Shown piece after piece: positions 27,729-37,299 of a DNA stretch of 64,000 nt. The stretch comes from an uncultured delta proteobacterium (GTDB lineage Bacteria; Myxococcota_A; UBA9160; SZUA-336): assembly GCA_963704165.1 (NCBI GenBank), contig CAVPHD010000006.1, positions 64,001-128,000 on the forward strand. The letters run 5' to 3'. Positions within the stretch are counted from its first letter, which is position 1; the number at the start of each line of letters is the position of its first letter. A program made the position numbers and the translations under genes. The notes under the pieces are model-generated. The model was not told the origin of the DNA. It saw nothing but the letters and a program-made list of their open reading frames with translations, and searched no databases.

Positions 27729-30629
27729 ATGGACGAGTTGTTCGAGGCGGTGCGCGAGGCGTGCGACCGAGCCGTATGGTCGCGCGGCGTGGAGCTGGTG
27801 CGAAGCGGTTCGGTGCACGCGCAGACGAGCTCGGCCGACGAGGTCGTGATGCGCGTCGAGCTCCGAGCCGGTCGTGCGACTCCGGCCGTTCGCCTGTTTC
27901 CGCGCGAGGCCGCCTGGGAATGCGACTGCGACGGTCCCGACGATCCGTGCGAGCACGTCGCCGCGGCGGTGATCGCGTGGCGGCGCGCGCGCGAGGCGGG
28001 CGAGCCGCTGGCCGCGGTCGGCGCAGCGAGCGCGCGAATCGGCTACCGCCTGTCGCGAACGAAGGCGGGACTCGCGGTTGCGCGCGTCCTCGTTCGCGAT
28101 GGCGGCGACGAGCCGCTGACGGCGACGCTCTCCGCGTACGCGGCCGGAAGCGCCAGCGGACCTGCGCCACTCGCGAGTGCCGCAGACCTGGCCGTCGAGC
28201 GACTGATCGATCCGCGGCGTGCGACCGCGCCGCAGACTCCCGCGATGCAACGCCTGCTCGCCGCGCTGGTCGGCTGCGAAGACGTCTCGCTCGATGGCTC
28301 GGCCGTCTCGGTGTCGCTCGATCCGGTGCTGCCGATCGCGATCGTCGAGGATCGCGGCGACGGATTCGCGCTCAGCGTCGTGCCCGATCCCGACCACGAC
28401 GAGAGCTTCGCGAACGGCGTCGCGCGCTGCGGCGCGGTGATTCGCCCGCTCGGCGACCCTCACCTGAGCTCTCGCGAACGCGACGAGCTGCCGCGCGGTC
28501 GTTACTACCCGCTGGACGCCGCGGGTCGGCTCGTCTCCGAAGTGATTCCCGAGCTTCGAGCCCGGCTGCCGGTCGAGGTCCGCACCGAGCGCTTGCCGCG
28601 CGAGCAGGCGGAGCGCCCACGGATTCGCGCCCTCGTCGATCGCGAAGGCGACGCGCTCTCGGTTCGAGCGGAGCTCGTCTACGGCGACCCGCCCGTCGCG
28701 CGGATCGAGAACGGACGCCTCGTGGCGCTCGGCCGCAGCGCGGTGCCGCGGAGGATCGAGAGCGCGGAGGCGAGCCTCGAAAGTCGCCTCGAGCACGAGC
28801 TCGGCCTCGCGCCCGGCGAGTCGCTCTCGTTGCCGGCCGCGGAGGCGATCGCGTTCCGCGCACGGCTCGAGCGGTTCTCCGGCGACGTCGTCGGCCGCGC
28901 GCACGAGGAGTTCCGACTCGCGGCCGCGCTCGAACCCGGCCCCGTCACGGCCGGAGACCGCTTCGAGTTCGGGTTCGAATCGCGGGGCGGTGGTGGCCGC
29001 GTGGACGGCGCACGCGTGCTCCGCGCGTGGCAGGAGGGCGAGTCCCTCGTTCCGCTCGTCGGGGGCGGATTCGCACCGCTGCCGACCGACTGGCTCGAGA
29101 AGCACGGCCGGCGAGTCGCGGACCTCCTCGCCGCGCGTGCCAGCGATGGACGGCTGCCGACCTGTGCCCTGCCCGACCTGGCGCGCCTCTGCGAGGAGAT
29201 CGGCGAACCGGCTCCGCCCGGATTCGAACGGCTCCGCGCCCTGGTCGGGAGCTTCGAAGGCCTGCCCGAACCGAAGCTGCCTCCGGATCTCCGCGCCGAG
29301 CTGCGCGGGTACCAGCGAAGCGGTGTCGCGTGGCTGCAGTTCCTGCGCGAGGCCGGCCTCGGTGGGCTGCTCGCCGACGACATGGGTCTGGGAAAGACCC
29401 TGCAGGCGCTCTGCGCCTTGCACGGCCGCACGCTCGTCGTGGCGCCCACGAGCGTGCTCTTCGGATGGGCGGAGCAAGCCGGCCGGTTCCGCCCCGGCCT
29501 GCGCTGCAGCGTCTACCACGGCCCGAAGCGCGCGCTCGATCTCGACGCGAACCTCACGCTCACGAGCTACGCAATTCTGCGTCTCGACGCCGAGTCCCTC
29601 GCACGCGAGGCCTGGGACACGATCGTGCTCGACGAGGCACAGGCGATCAAGAATCCCGACAGCCAGATCGCGCGCGCCGCGTTCGCGCTGCGCGGCGAGT
29701 TCCGTCTGACGCTGACCGGCACGCCCGTCGAGAACCGGCTCGAGGAGCTCTGGAGCCAGCTTCACTTCGCGAACCCCGGCCTGCTCGGTTCGCTTCGCGA
29801 CTTCCGCGAACGCTACGCGCGATCGATCGCTGCGGGCGAGCCCGGCGCGGCCGCGCATCTGCGCGCGCGCATCGCGCCGTTCGTGCTGCGCAGGATGAAG
29901 GCGGTCGTCGCCGCGGAGCTGCCGCCCCGGACCGATGCGATCCTCCACTGCGAGCTCGATCCCGAGGAGCGCGCGGTCTACGACACCGTTCGCGCCGCTT
30001 CGCAGCGACAGGTCGTGGAGCGCTTGCAGCGGGGAGGCAACGTGCTCGAAGCGCTCGAGCTGCTGCTGCGCCTGCGACAGGCCGCCTGCCACCGCGCGCT
30101 GGTCCCCGGTCAAACGGCCTCGGGCTCGTCCAAGGTCGAGGTGCTGCTCGAAGCGCTCGACGAGGCCGCGGCCGAGGGCCACAAAGCTCTGGTCTTCTCC
30201 CAGTGGACAGGGCTGCTCGATCGGGTCGAACCGCACCTCCGCGCGGCCGGCATCCGATTCACCCGGCTCGATGGCAGCACGGTCGACCGGCAGGGCGTCG
30301 TCGAGGACTTCCAGTCGGCGGATGGCCCCCCTGTCCTTCTGATATCACTGCGCGCGGGAGGAACCGGACTGAACCTCACCGCGGCGGACCACGTATTCCT
30401 GCTCGACCCGTGGTGGAACCCCGCCGTCGAAGAGCAGGCCGCCGATCGCGCTCACCGCATCGGCCAGGACCGACCGGTCTCGGTCTACCGACTGGTCGCG
30501 CGAGACACGGTCGAGGAGCGAATCCTGGAGCTCCAGCAGCGCAAGCGCGCGTTGGCCGAGGCGGCCCTGTCGGGCGCCGATCACGCGAGCGCCATCACTC
30601 GAGAGGACCTGCTCGGGCTGCTCGCGTGA
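27729..30629 (+). CDS. SNF2 family helicase with N-terminal SWIM zinc finger
   Basis: CDC...CEH (SWIM), [49 protein letters not shown]. Confidence 0.94.
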   Translation: MDELFEAVREACDRAVWSRGVELVRSGSVHAQTSSADEVVMRVELRAGRATPAVRLFPREAAWECDCDGPDDPCEHVAAAVIAWRRAREAGEPLAAVGAASARIGYRLSRTKAGLAVARVLVRDGGDEPLTATLSAYAAGSASGPAPLASAADLAVERLIDPRRATAPQTPAMQRLLAALVGCEDVSLDGSAVSVSLDPVLPIAIVEDRGDGFALSVVPDPDHDESFANGVARCGAVIRPLGDPHLSSRERDELPRGRYYPLDAAGRLVSEVIPELRARLPVEVRTERLPREQAERPRIRALVDREGDALSVRAELVYGDPPVARIENGRLVALGRSAVPRRIESAEASLESRLEHELGLAPGESLSLPAAEAIAFRARLERFSGDVVGRAHEEFRLAAALEPGPVTAGDRFEFGFESRGGGGRVDGARVLRAWQEGESLVPLVGGGFAPLPTDWLEKHGRRVADLLAARASDGRLPTCALPDLARLCEEIGEPAPPGFERLRALVGSFEGLPEPKLPPDLRAELRGYQRSGVAWLQFLREAGLGGLLADDMGLGKTLQALCALHGRTLVVAPTSVLFGWAEQAGRFRPGLRCSVYHGPKRALDLDANLTLTSYAILRLDAESLAREAWDTIVLDEAQAIKNPDSQIARAAFALRGEFRLTLTGTPVENRLEELWSQLHFANPGLLGSLRDFRERYARSIAAGEPGAAAHLRARIAPFVLRRMKAVVAAELPPRTDAILHCELDPEERAVYDTVRAASQRQVVERLQRGGNVLEALELLLRLRQAACHRALVPGQTASGSSKVEVLLEALDEAAAEGHKALVFSQWTGLLDRVEPHLRAAGIRFTRLDGSTVDRQGVVEDFQSADGPPVLLISLRAGGTGLNLTAADHVFLLDPWWNPAVEEQAADRAHRIGQDRPVSVYRLVARDTVEERILELQQRKRALAEAALSGADHASAITREDLLGLLA

Positions 30630-30668
30630 GGTACGTCACAAAGCCCCGCCCGGGTGACGTCGATCACA
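30625..30668. promoter_or_regulatory. Two tandem CRP-type boxes
   Basis: CGTGA-GGTACG-TCACA (30625-30640) and GGTGA-CGTCGA-TCACA (30653-30668), each 9/10 to TGTGA-N6-TCACA. Confidence 0.6.
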
Positions 30669-30761
30669 GCCGTCATGGACCGCGTTTGGCGTACTCCGGC
30701 CCGGCGAGCCGTCGATCGACCCGTTCCGGGTCCGGTGGGTTTCGGCAGCCAGGGGCCGAGT

Positions 30762-31460
30762 TTGAAGCTGTCAGGAATTCGCTTGGGGATCACGCGTGCG
30801 GCGCTCGGCGGCGCTCTCGCGCTCACCCTATCGGCGTGCCAGACGCCCTGGATCGCATCCGTGCCGCCAGAGCGAACCACGCTGCCCGCGACCGCGGTCG
30901 TCGGTCCCGTTGCGACCATCGCCGACATGCCGGTGGACCGCGCGGCGAACAGCCAGATCGCAGCCGTGCTTCTGAAACGAGCGCCGAAGCTCCAACCCCT
31001 CGATCGCGTACGCGTCGCGAGGGCGATCGACGATGCCCGGCGCAATCATCGCGTCGACCCTGTTCTGCTGCTGGCCATGATCCATCAGGAGAGCCGGTTC
31101 GACCCGAATGCGCGCGGTCCACGCGGCTCGCTCGGGCTGATGCAGGTTCGACCGTTCGTGGCCGCCGACGTCGCGCGTCGTCATCGGATTCCGTGGACCG
31201 GCAAAGAGACGCTCCTCGATCCCGCGGCCAACGTGCAGATCGGCGCCTGCTACCTCGGCGAGGTTCTCAGGATGTTTCCCGATCCGGACCTCGCGATCGC
31301 GGCCTACAACATGGGCCCGTACCGCGTTCGCCGGATGGTGAAGCGCGGCCAGCACCCTAAACCGGCCTATCTGACCTCCGTGTTGAAACACCTCCAGGCG
31401 CTCTCGACCGAGATGGGCCCGCTCGAATACGAGCCCGTCGAGGATTCGCTCGGCGAATAG
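30762..31460 (+). CDS. Lytic transglycosylase (SLT domain) lipoprotein; start uncertain
   Basis: Lipobox LSAC; IHQESRF, GLMQV, NVQIG..YL, AAYNMG. Confidence 0.88.
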   Translation: MKLSGIRLGITRAALGGALALTLSACQTPWIASVPPERTTLPATAVVGPVATIADMPVDRAANSQIAAVLLKRAPKLQPLDRVRVARAIDDARRNHRVDPVLLLAMIHQESRFDPNARGPRGSLGLMQVRPFVAADVARRHRIPWTGKETLLDPAANVQIGACYLGEVLRMFPDPDLAIAAYNMGPYRVRRMVKRGQHPKPAYLTSVLKHLQALSTEMGPLEYEPVEDSLGE

Positions 31461-31543
31461 CTCGCCCCATTCCCTGCTCCCGACGCGTTGACGCGCTCAG
31501 CGACAACCGCGATAAAGCCGATCGGAGTTGGATGAGGGGAGCG

Positions 31544-32335
31544 GTGTCGGAGTCGGCCGTCGAGCGTCGGATCGAAGGTCGGGCGCACGTCGATATGGTG
31601 AGCGTGCGACTCGCCTTCGGAGAGCGGCGCGTCTTCGACGGGCTCTCGTGCGGATTCCCGCGCGGCCAGATCTCGGTGATCCTCGGAGCGAGCGGCGTGG
31701 GCAAGAGCACGTTGCTGCGACTCGGCGCCGGTCTCTTGAGGCCGGACTATGGTGAGATCTGGGTCGACGAGGAAGAGATCTCGCGCATGCCCGAGGCTCG
31801 CCTGCGAACCATCCGGCGCGGGCTCGGCATGATGTTCCAGGGCGGCGCGCTGCTCGACTCGCTCACGGTCTTCGACAACGTCGCCCTCGCGCTTCGCGAG
31901 CACACGAAGCTCTCGGAGAGCGAGATCGAAGAAAAGGTCCACGCCCAGTTCGAAGCCGTGGGTCTCAAGAAGGTCGATGCACTGCTCCCCGGCCAGATCT
32001 CGGGAGGGATGAAGAAGCGCGTCGCGCTCGCGCGCGCGATGATCATGGAGCCCTCGGTGCTTCTGATCGACGAGCCGTTCTCGGGCCTCGACCCCTTGGC
32101 CGTTCGCCTGATCGAGGCCCTGCTGGTCGAGGTGAACGAGACGAAGGGTCTCTCGATGATCCTGACCAACCACCACATCGGCTCGACCATGCGTATGGCG
32201 CACGAGATCGTCTTCCTGGTCGATGGAGTCGCGGTGACCGGCTCACCCGCCGAGATGAAGGCGAGCATCGATCCTCGCATCCAGCGCTTCTTCCAGGCCG
32301 CGGGCACGGGACCCAGCCTCGAGGAGGCGAGCTGA
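31544..32335 (+). CDS. mlaF: Mla/Ttg2 ABC transporter ATP-binding subunit
   Basis: GASGVGKS, FQGGALLDSLTV.DNV, ISGGMKKRVALARA, DEPFSGLDP. Confidence 0.92.
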   Translation: MSESAVERRIEGRAHVDMVSVRLAFGERRVFDGLSCGFPRGQISVILGASGVGKSTLLRLGAGLLRPDYGEIWVDEEEISRMPEARLRTIRRGLGMMFQGGALLDSLTVFDNVALALREHTKLSESEIEEKVHAQFEAVGLKKVDALLPGQISGGMKKRVALARAMIMEPSVLLIDEPFSGLDPLAVRLIEALLVEVNETKGLSMILTNHHIGSTMRMAHEIVFLVDGVAVTGSPAEMKASIDPRIQRFFQAAGTGPSLEEAS

Positions 32336-33111
32336 TGCTCGAGATGATCCGACACACCGGCTGGCGCACGGTCTCGAACGTCTTCGAGCTCGGCGGAATC
32401 GCGCATTTCGGCTCGCGCATGGTCTACCAGACGTTTCGCCCCCCCTGGCGGACGCGGCGACTGATCGACGAGATCTACAACACCGGCGTCCTCTCGCTGG
32501 CGATCGTGCTCCTGTCCGGGGCGGTGGTCGGTAGCGTGCTCGGTCTCCAGGGCTACATCACGCTCGTGCGGTTCGGTGCGGAGCAGAGCCTGGGCGGCGT
32601 GGTCGGGCTGTCGCTCGTGCGCGAGTTCGGCCCCGTACTTACAGCCCTGCTGGTCGCGGGTCGCGCCGGATCGGCCGTCGCGGCGGAGATCGGCGCGATG
32701 GTCGCCACCGAGCAGCTCGACGGCCTGCGCATGATGTCGGTCGATCCCGTCGATTTCGTCGCGCAGCCGAAGGCGCTCGCGCTCCTGATCTCGATGCCCC
32801 TGCTCTCGGCGCTCTTCATCATCTTCGGCCTCGTCGGCGGCTACGTCGTCGGCGTCGGGCTGCTCGGCATCGACGGCGGAACCTTCATCACGGGGCTCGA
32901 GCGGAACATCACCTTCCGCGACGAAATCGTCGGCAGCGTATTGAAATCCGTCGTCTTCGGTGCACTGGTCGCACTGATCTCGACCTGGCGTGGCTTCACG
33001 TCCGCGCCAAACTCCGCGGGCGTCAGTCGGGCGACGACCGGCGCAGTCGTGCAGGCGTCGGTGGCCACGCTCGTCTTCGACTACATCATCACCGCGCTGT
33101 GGGGGGGTTGA
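32335..33111 (+). CDS. mlaE: Mla ABC transporter permease
   Basis: REFGPVLTALLVAGRAGS..AAEIGAM..TEQLD, GVSRATT.AVV. Confidence 0.93.
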   Translation: MLEMIRHTGWRTVSNVFELGGIAHFGSRMVYQTFRPPWRTRRLIDEIYNTGVLSLAIVLLSGAVVGSVLGLQGYITLVRFGAEQSLGGVVGLSLVREFGPVLTALLVAGRAGSAVAAEIGAMVATEQLDGLRMMSVDPVDFVAQPKALALLISMPLLSALFIIFGLVGGYVVGVGLLGIDGGTFITGLERNITFRDEIVGSVLKSVVFGALVALISTWRGFTSAPNSAGVSRATTGAVVQASVATLVFDYIITALWGG

Positions 33112-33620
33112 GAGTGGGCCGATCGCCGATCCGGGATCTTCTGGTGGGGGTTTTCGTGCTCTCCGGCTTCGCCGCGCTCGCGTACCTGTCGATCCAGCTC
33201 GGCGGCGCGACGTATTCCGGGCCCGGCGGACTCAGGCTCTACGCCAGCTTCGACGAGGTCGGAGGTCTCGCTCCGCGCTCACCGGTGGTCATCGGCGGGG
33301 TGAAGGTCGGCCAGGTGAAGACGATCGAGCTCTCCCCCGATGGTGACTTCCGCGCACGCGTCCTCATGGACGTCGACTCGAACTTGAAGCTTCCGGACGA
33401 CACCTCCGCATCGATCCTCACGCAGGGCGTGCTCGGGAGTCAGTACATCGGGCTCGAGCCCGGTGGCTCGGACACGATGCTCCCGGAGGGTGGCGAGATC
33501 GCCTACACGCAGAGCGCGCTCGTGATCGAGCGCTTGATCGGGAGCGTGATTCAGAGCTTGGGGAACTCGAGTGATGGGTCCAAGGAGCCGAGCGGCGAAG
33601 CCGACGGCGATAGCGAATGA
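33108..33620 (+). CDS. mlaD: MCE domain protein MlaD
   Basis: VGVFV anchor, GGL..RSPV.IGGVKVGQV, SASILTQGVLG.QYI.L.PGG. Confidence 0.92.
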   Translation: MRVGRSPIRDLLVGVFVLSGFAALAYLSIQLGGATYSGPGGLRLYASFDEVGGLAPRSPVVIGGVKVGQVKTIELSPDGDFRARVLMDVDSNLKLPDDTSASILTQGVLGSQYIGLEPGGSDTMLPEGGEIAYTQSALVIERLIGSVIQSLGNSSDGSKEPSGEADGDSE

Positions 33621-34393
33621 GCTCGGCTCGGACGCTCGCGCTCGCGGCGCTGGCCGCCTCGCTCCTCGCCTGCGCATCGGCTCGCGGTCCGGACCCGGAA
33701 CCGGGGCCCGACGCCGACCCGTGGCGACCCTTCAACCACGCGATGTTCACGTTCAACGACGCGGTCGATCGCTGGCTGATCGGACCGATCGCGCGCGGCT
33801 GGATCTTCGTCACGCCGGAGACCGTGCGGGTCCATCTGGAGCAGTTCTACGACAACCTGAATTTTCCGGGCTACTTCGTGCAGCCGCTGCTACAAGGCGA
33901 TCCGAAGCAAGCCGGGGTCGCGCTCGCGCGCTTCGGCGTGAACAGCAGCGTGGGAATCGCCGGCTTCTTCGATCCCGCCGACCACTGGCTCGGGCTGGAC
34001 CGCAGACAGGAGGACACCGGCCAGACGTTCGGGGTCTGGGGATCGGGGCCAGGGCCCTACCTGGTTCTGCCGGTCCTGCTCCCGGCCTCGAGCGCCCGCG
34101 ACGCCGCAGGCTATCCCTTCGACTCGGCCCTGAACATCGGGGACTCGGCCCTCATCTCATATGTCGTCCCGATACTCTGGCCGGCCACGGCGCTTCGGAC
34201 GATCAACCGCAGGGCGCTGGCGGATGAGGATCTGCGCGAGCTCCGCGAGGCGTCCTTCGATTGGTATTCCGCGGTCCGTGATGCATACCTTCAGCGTCGA
34301 GAAGTGCTGATCCGAAACGATCTGGACGATGGAGAGGAGACGCCGAGCGATGATCTCTACGAGCTCGACGACAACGACCCGGCTCTCGAGTAG
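33617..34393 (+). CDS. mlaA: VacJ/MlaA lipoprotein
   Basis: Lipobox LLAC, DPWRPFN.AMF.FND, RFGVNSSVG..G.FD, EDTGQT.G.WG..PGPYLVLP, Y..VRDAYLQRR. Confidence 0.92.
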   Translation: MSSARTLALAALAASLLACASARGPDPEPGPDADPWRPFNHAMFTFNDAVDRWLIGPIARGWIFVTPETVRVHLEQFYDNLNFPGYFVQPLLQGDPKQAGVALARFGVNSSVGIAGFFDPADHWLGLDRRQEDTGQTFGVWGSGPGPYLVLPVLLPASSARDAAGYPFDSALNIGDSALISYVVPILWPATALRTINRRALADEDLRELREASFDWYSAVRDAYLQRREVLIRNDLDDGEETPSDDLYELDDNDPALE

Positions 34394-35009
34394 CTGGCTC
34401 GCGCTCTGCGCGGTGCTCCTCGCGATCGCGCTTCCCGCCCACGCGAACGAACGCGTCGCCGCGGCGAGCGCGTTCATGTCGAGGACCGTGGACGACGTGC
34501 TCGCCATTCTCGACGACAAGCAGCTCGCGCCCGACGTCCGCTTGAAGAAGCTCGAGGACATCGCGATCGAACGCTTCGACTTCCCGCGGATGGCGCTGCT
34601 CGTCCTGGGCAAGAACCGCCGCCAGCTCGACGCCGGTCAGCTCGAGCAGTTCGAAGTCGAATTCAAGCGCAGCCTCTCGAACACCTACGGAAAGCGGCTC
34701 GACCGCTACACCGCGAACGAAAAGATCGAGATGGGCGAGTCGCGGCTCGAGGTGAACAAGGACGTCACCGTGAAGACACGCGTGGTCGGCGGCGCCGCGG
34801 GGGATGGCGTCCCGATCGACTACCGGCTGCGCGAGGTCGAGGGCGGCGGCTGGCTGATCATCGACGTCACGCCAGCAGGGGTCTCGCTGATCCAGAACTT
34901 CCGCTCGCAGGTCCAGGAGATCATCACGCAGAAGGGCGTGAAGTCGCTGATCCGGACGCTGCACGAGAAGAACGAGTCCGCCGCGAAGCCGTCTGCCTCC
35001 GCGGAGTAG
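34350..35009 (+). CDS. mlaC: MlaC/Ttg2D periplasmic lipid-binding protein
   Basis: Signal peptide; FDFPRMA..VLG, IDYRL, W.IIDV...GVSLIQNFRSQ. Confidence 0.9.
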   Translation: MISTSSTTTTRLSSSWLALCAVLLAIALPAHANERVAAASAFMSRTVDDVLAILDDKQLAPDVRLKKLEDIAIERFDFPRMALLVLGKNRRQLDAGQLEQFEVEFKRSLSNTYGKRLDRYTANEKIEMGESRLEVNKDVTVKTRVVGGAAGDGVPIDYRLREVEGGGWLIIDVTPAGVSLIQNFRSQVQEIITQKGVKSLIRTLHEKNESAAKPSASAE

Positions 35010-35013
35010 ACGC

Positions 35014-35050
35014 CGCAGCGCGACGACGCCAGTGCAACGTCGTCGCTGCG
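35014..35050. terminator. GC-rich hairpin after mlaC
   Basis: GCGACGACG (35020-35028) / CGTCGTCGC (35038-35046) with outer CGCA/TGCG; no U-tract. Confidence 0.45.
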
Positions 35051-35089
35051 CGAAGCCGCGCGTGCGAGGCCGAACGGGATCGTCGGGCT

Positions 35090-35105
35090 TGGCCCTGCGG
35101 TTGCA
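35090..35105 (+). promoter_or_regulatory. Candidate sigma54 (-24/-12) promoter
   Basis: TGGCCCT-GCGG-TTGCA, exact GG-N10-GC spacing, upstream of the P450 SD. Confidence 0.5.
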
Positions 35106-35141
35106 GAGACCTCGGGAATCACCGACCCGAGGAGACCGACC

Positions 35142-36368
35142 GTGACGGAGGGTGGCTTCACCGACTGGGATCCGACCTCGCCGGAGTTTCAGGCGAACCC
35201 GCATCCGCTCTGGGCACGACTCCGCGAAGCGGAGCCGATCCACCGGCGCGCCTTGCCGGACGGACGCGACGGCTGGATCGTCACGCGGCATCGGGACTGC
35301 GTGAACGTGCTTCGCGATTCCCGCTGCTCCGCGGAGAAGTTCCCGAACGAGGTGCTGGAAGCGCTCGCGGGCGACCCGAAGGCGCCGTTCGCGGTCGTCG
35401 CGCGCGCCGTGCTCGGCATGATGCTCGTCAAGGACGACCCCGATCACGGTCGCCTGCGCGGTCTCGTGAACAAGGCGTTCACGCCGCGGGTCGTCTCGGA
35501 GCTCCGGCCGCGCGTTCAGGCGATCACCGACGAGCTCCTCGACGCCGCCGTGCGTCGCGGCCGGCTCGACGCGATCGCCGATCTCGGAATGCCGCTTCCG
35601 ATCATCGTGATCGCGGAGCTGCTCGGCGTGCCGCCCGAGGATCGCGCGGATCTCAAGCGCTGGTCGGACAATCTCGTGACGTTCCTCGACGGCACGATCC
35701 GCGACGACGGCATCGTCCTGGCCGCGAACGCGTGCCTCGAGATGCGCGAGTACATGAACGGCGTGTTCGCCCGCCGCCACTCGGATCCGCGCGACGACCT
35801 GATCAGCCGCCTGATCGCCGCACGAGAGGTCGAGGATCGACTGACCGACGACGAGCTCTTCGGAACCGTCGTCCTGATCCTCGCCGCGGGCCACGAGACG
35901 ACCACGAACCTGGTCGGCAATGGCCTCTACACGCTCCTGCGTCATCCGGACGAGCTCGCGCGGCTCCGAGCGCATCCCGAGCGGATCGCGTCGGCGGTCG
36001 AGGAGCTGCTGCGCTTCGAGGGCCCGGTCTCGCTCACGTCGCGCATACCGAAGATCGACTACGAGCTCGACGGCGTGCGGATCCCGAAGGGCGACGAGAT
36101 CAGCCTCGTCCTCGCGGCCGCAAATCGCGATCCGGAAGTCTTCGCCGCGCCCGATCGGCTCGACCTCTCGCGCGGCGAGAACCGCCACCTCGCCTTCGGC
36201 TTCGGCGCGCACTTCTGCCTCGGCGCATCCCTCGCGCGGCTCGAAGGCCAGATCGCGCTCGGCTCGGCCGTCGCGCGCTTCCCCGGAATGAAGCTCGCCC
36301 GCGACACGACCGAGTGGAAGCGCGGAATCGTCCTGCGCGGCCTTCGCTCGCTTCCGATCGACCTCTGA
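35142..36368 (+). CDS. Cytochrome P450
   Basis: DDPDHGRLR, AGHETT, EELLR, HLAFGFGAHFCLG. Confidence 0.96.
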   Translation: MTEGGFTDWDPTSPEFQANPHPLWARLREAEPIHRRALPDGRDGWIVTRHRDCVNVLRDSRCSAEKFPNEVLEALAGDPKAPFAVVARAVLGMMLVKDDPDHGRLRGLVNKAFTPRVVSELRPRVQAITDELLDAAVRRGRLDAIADLGMPLPIIVIAELLGVPPEDRADLKRWSDNLVTFLDGTIRDDGIVLAANACLEMREYMNGVFARRHSDPRDDLISRLIAAREVEDRLTDDELFGTVVLILAAGHETTTNLVGNGLYTLLRHPDELARLRAHPERIASAVEELLRFEGPVSLTSRIPKIDYELDGVRIPKGDEISLVLAAANRDPEVFAAPDRLDLSRGENRHLAFGFGAHFCLGASLARLEGQIALGSAVARFPGMKLARDTTEWKRGIVLRGLRSLPIDL

Positions 36369-36372
36369 TCGC

Positions 36373-37194
36373 CTAGCGGCGGCGGCGCCGCCGCCACATC
36401 CAACCGGCGAGACGCTGGATCGACACCGGAAAGAGTCGCTTCAACCAGTCGGTCAGGTACGCCTCCGGACCGATCCGAACGCGCGCCTGATCGCGCTCGA
36501 TCGCGCGAACGATCCGGCGCGCGGCCTTCTCGGGCGAATGCGCGCGCCGCTCGAACATTTCGACCGTCTCCCGCTGCTCCCGTGCATCGAACTCGCTCGA
36601 CACGCGCGAGGCGCGCACGACGTTCGTACGGATGCCGCCCGGGTGAACGCAGGTGACACCGACGTTCGTGCCCGAGAGCTCCGAGGCGAGCGACTCCGAG
36701 AAGCCGCGCACCGCGTACTTCGAGGCGCTGTAGGAGGTCTGCGACGGAATGCCGACGAAGCCGAACATCGACGAGATGTTCACGATCTGCGCCTCGTCCT
36801 CGCGCAGCAGGTACGGCAGGAAGAGCTTGCAGCCGTAGACGACGCCCCAGAAGTTGATTCCGAAGAGCCACGCGAAGTCGTCGAGCGACTGCTCGAGCAG
36901 CGCGCCGATCACCGACACACCCGCATTGTTCACGAGGATGTGGACGTGGCCGTGCTCGGCGAGCACCTCGGCGGGCAGCCGTTCCATCCGCGCGCGATCC
37001 GCGACGTCCGCGATGTGAATGGAGATCTTGCGACCGCGAGCGCGCGCCAGGTCCGCGGTTCCCGACAACGTCGCCTCGTTCAGGTCGACGAGCGCGAGCG
37101 CGCAGCCGCGCTCGGCGAGCAGAACTGCGATCGCACGGCCGATTCCGCTTCCCGCGCCCGTGACCACCGCGACTCGCCCGTCCAACCTCTTCAT
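36373..37194 (-). CDS. SDR family oxidoreductase
   Basis: TGAGSGIG, NNAG, NISS, YSASK, HPGGIRT. Confidence 0.93.
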   Translation of the reverse strand: MKRLDGRVAVVTGAGSGIGRAIAVLLAERGCALALVDLNEATLSGTADLARARGRKISIHIADVADRARMERLPAEVLAEHGHVHILVNNAGVSVIGALLEQSLDDFAWLFGINFWGVVYGCKLFLPYLLREDEAQIVNISSMFGFVGIPSQTSYSASKYAVRGFSESLASELSGTNVGVTCVHPGGIRTNVVRASRVSSEFDAREQRETVEMFERRAHSPEKAARRIVRAIERDQARVRIGPEAYLTDWLKRLFPVSIQRLAGWMWRRRRRR

Positions 37195-37226
37195 GGCCCG
37201 CAGGGTACACCGCCTCCGAGGTCCGT

Positions 37227-37257
37227 TTGATTCGCCCCCGGAGTGCAGGCGTATAAT
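37227..37257 (+). promoter_or_regulatory. Sigma70-type promoter of the acyl-CoA dehydrogenase pair
   Basis: Consensus TATAAT at 37252-37257; TTGATT 19 nt upstream (long spacer). Confidence 0.55.
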
Positions 37258-37299
37258 CCGCTCGGCCGAGAGACCGGCCCGCACACGGAGACCTCCCGA

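Noticed and set aside
24389..31360. Very long alternative-frame and antisense ORFs (for example 24389-26914, 27761-31360, the upstream part of 26781-30236)
   Set aside because: Arg/Ala/Pro-rich shadow frames expected in very GC-rich DNA; no motifs, and they overlap well-supported genes
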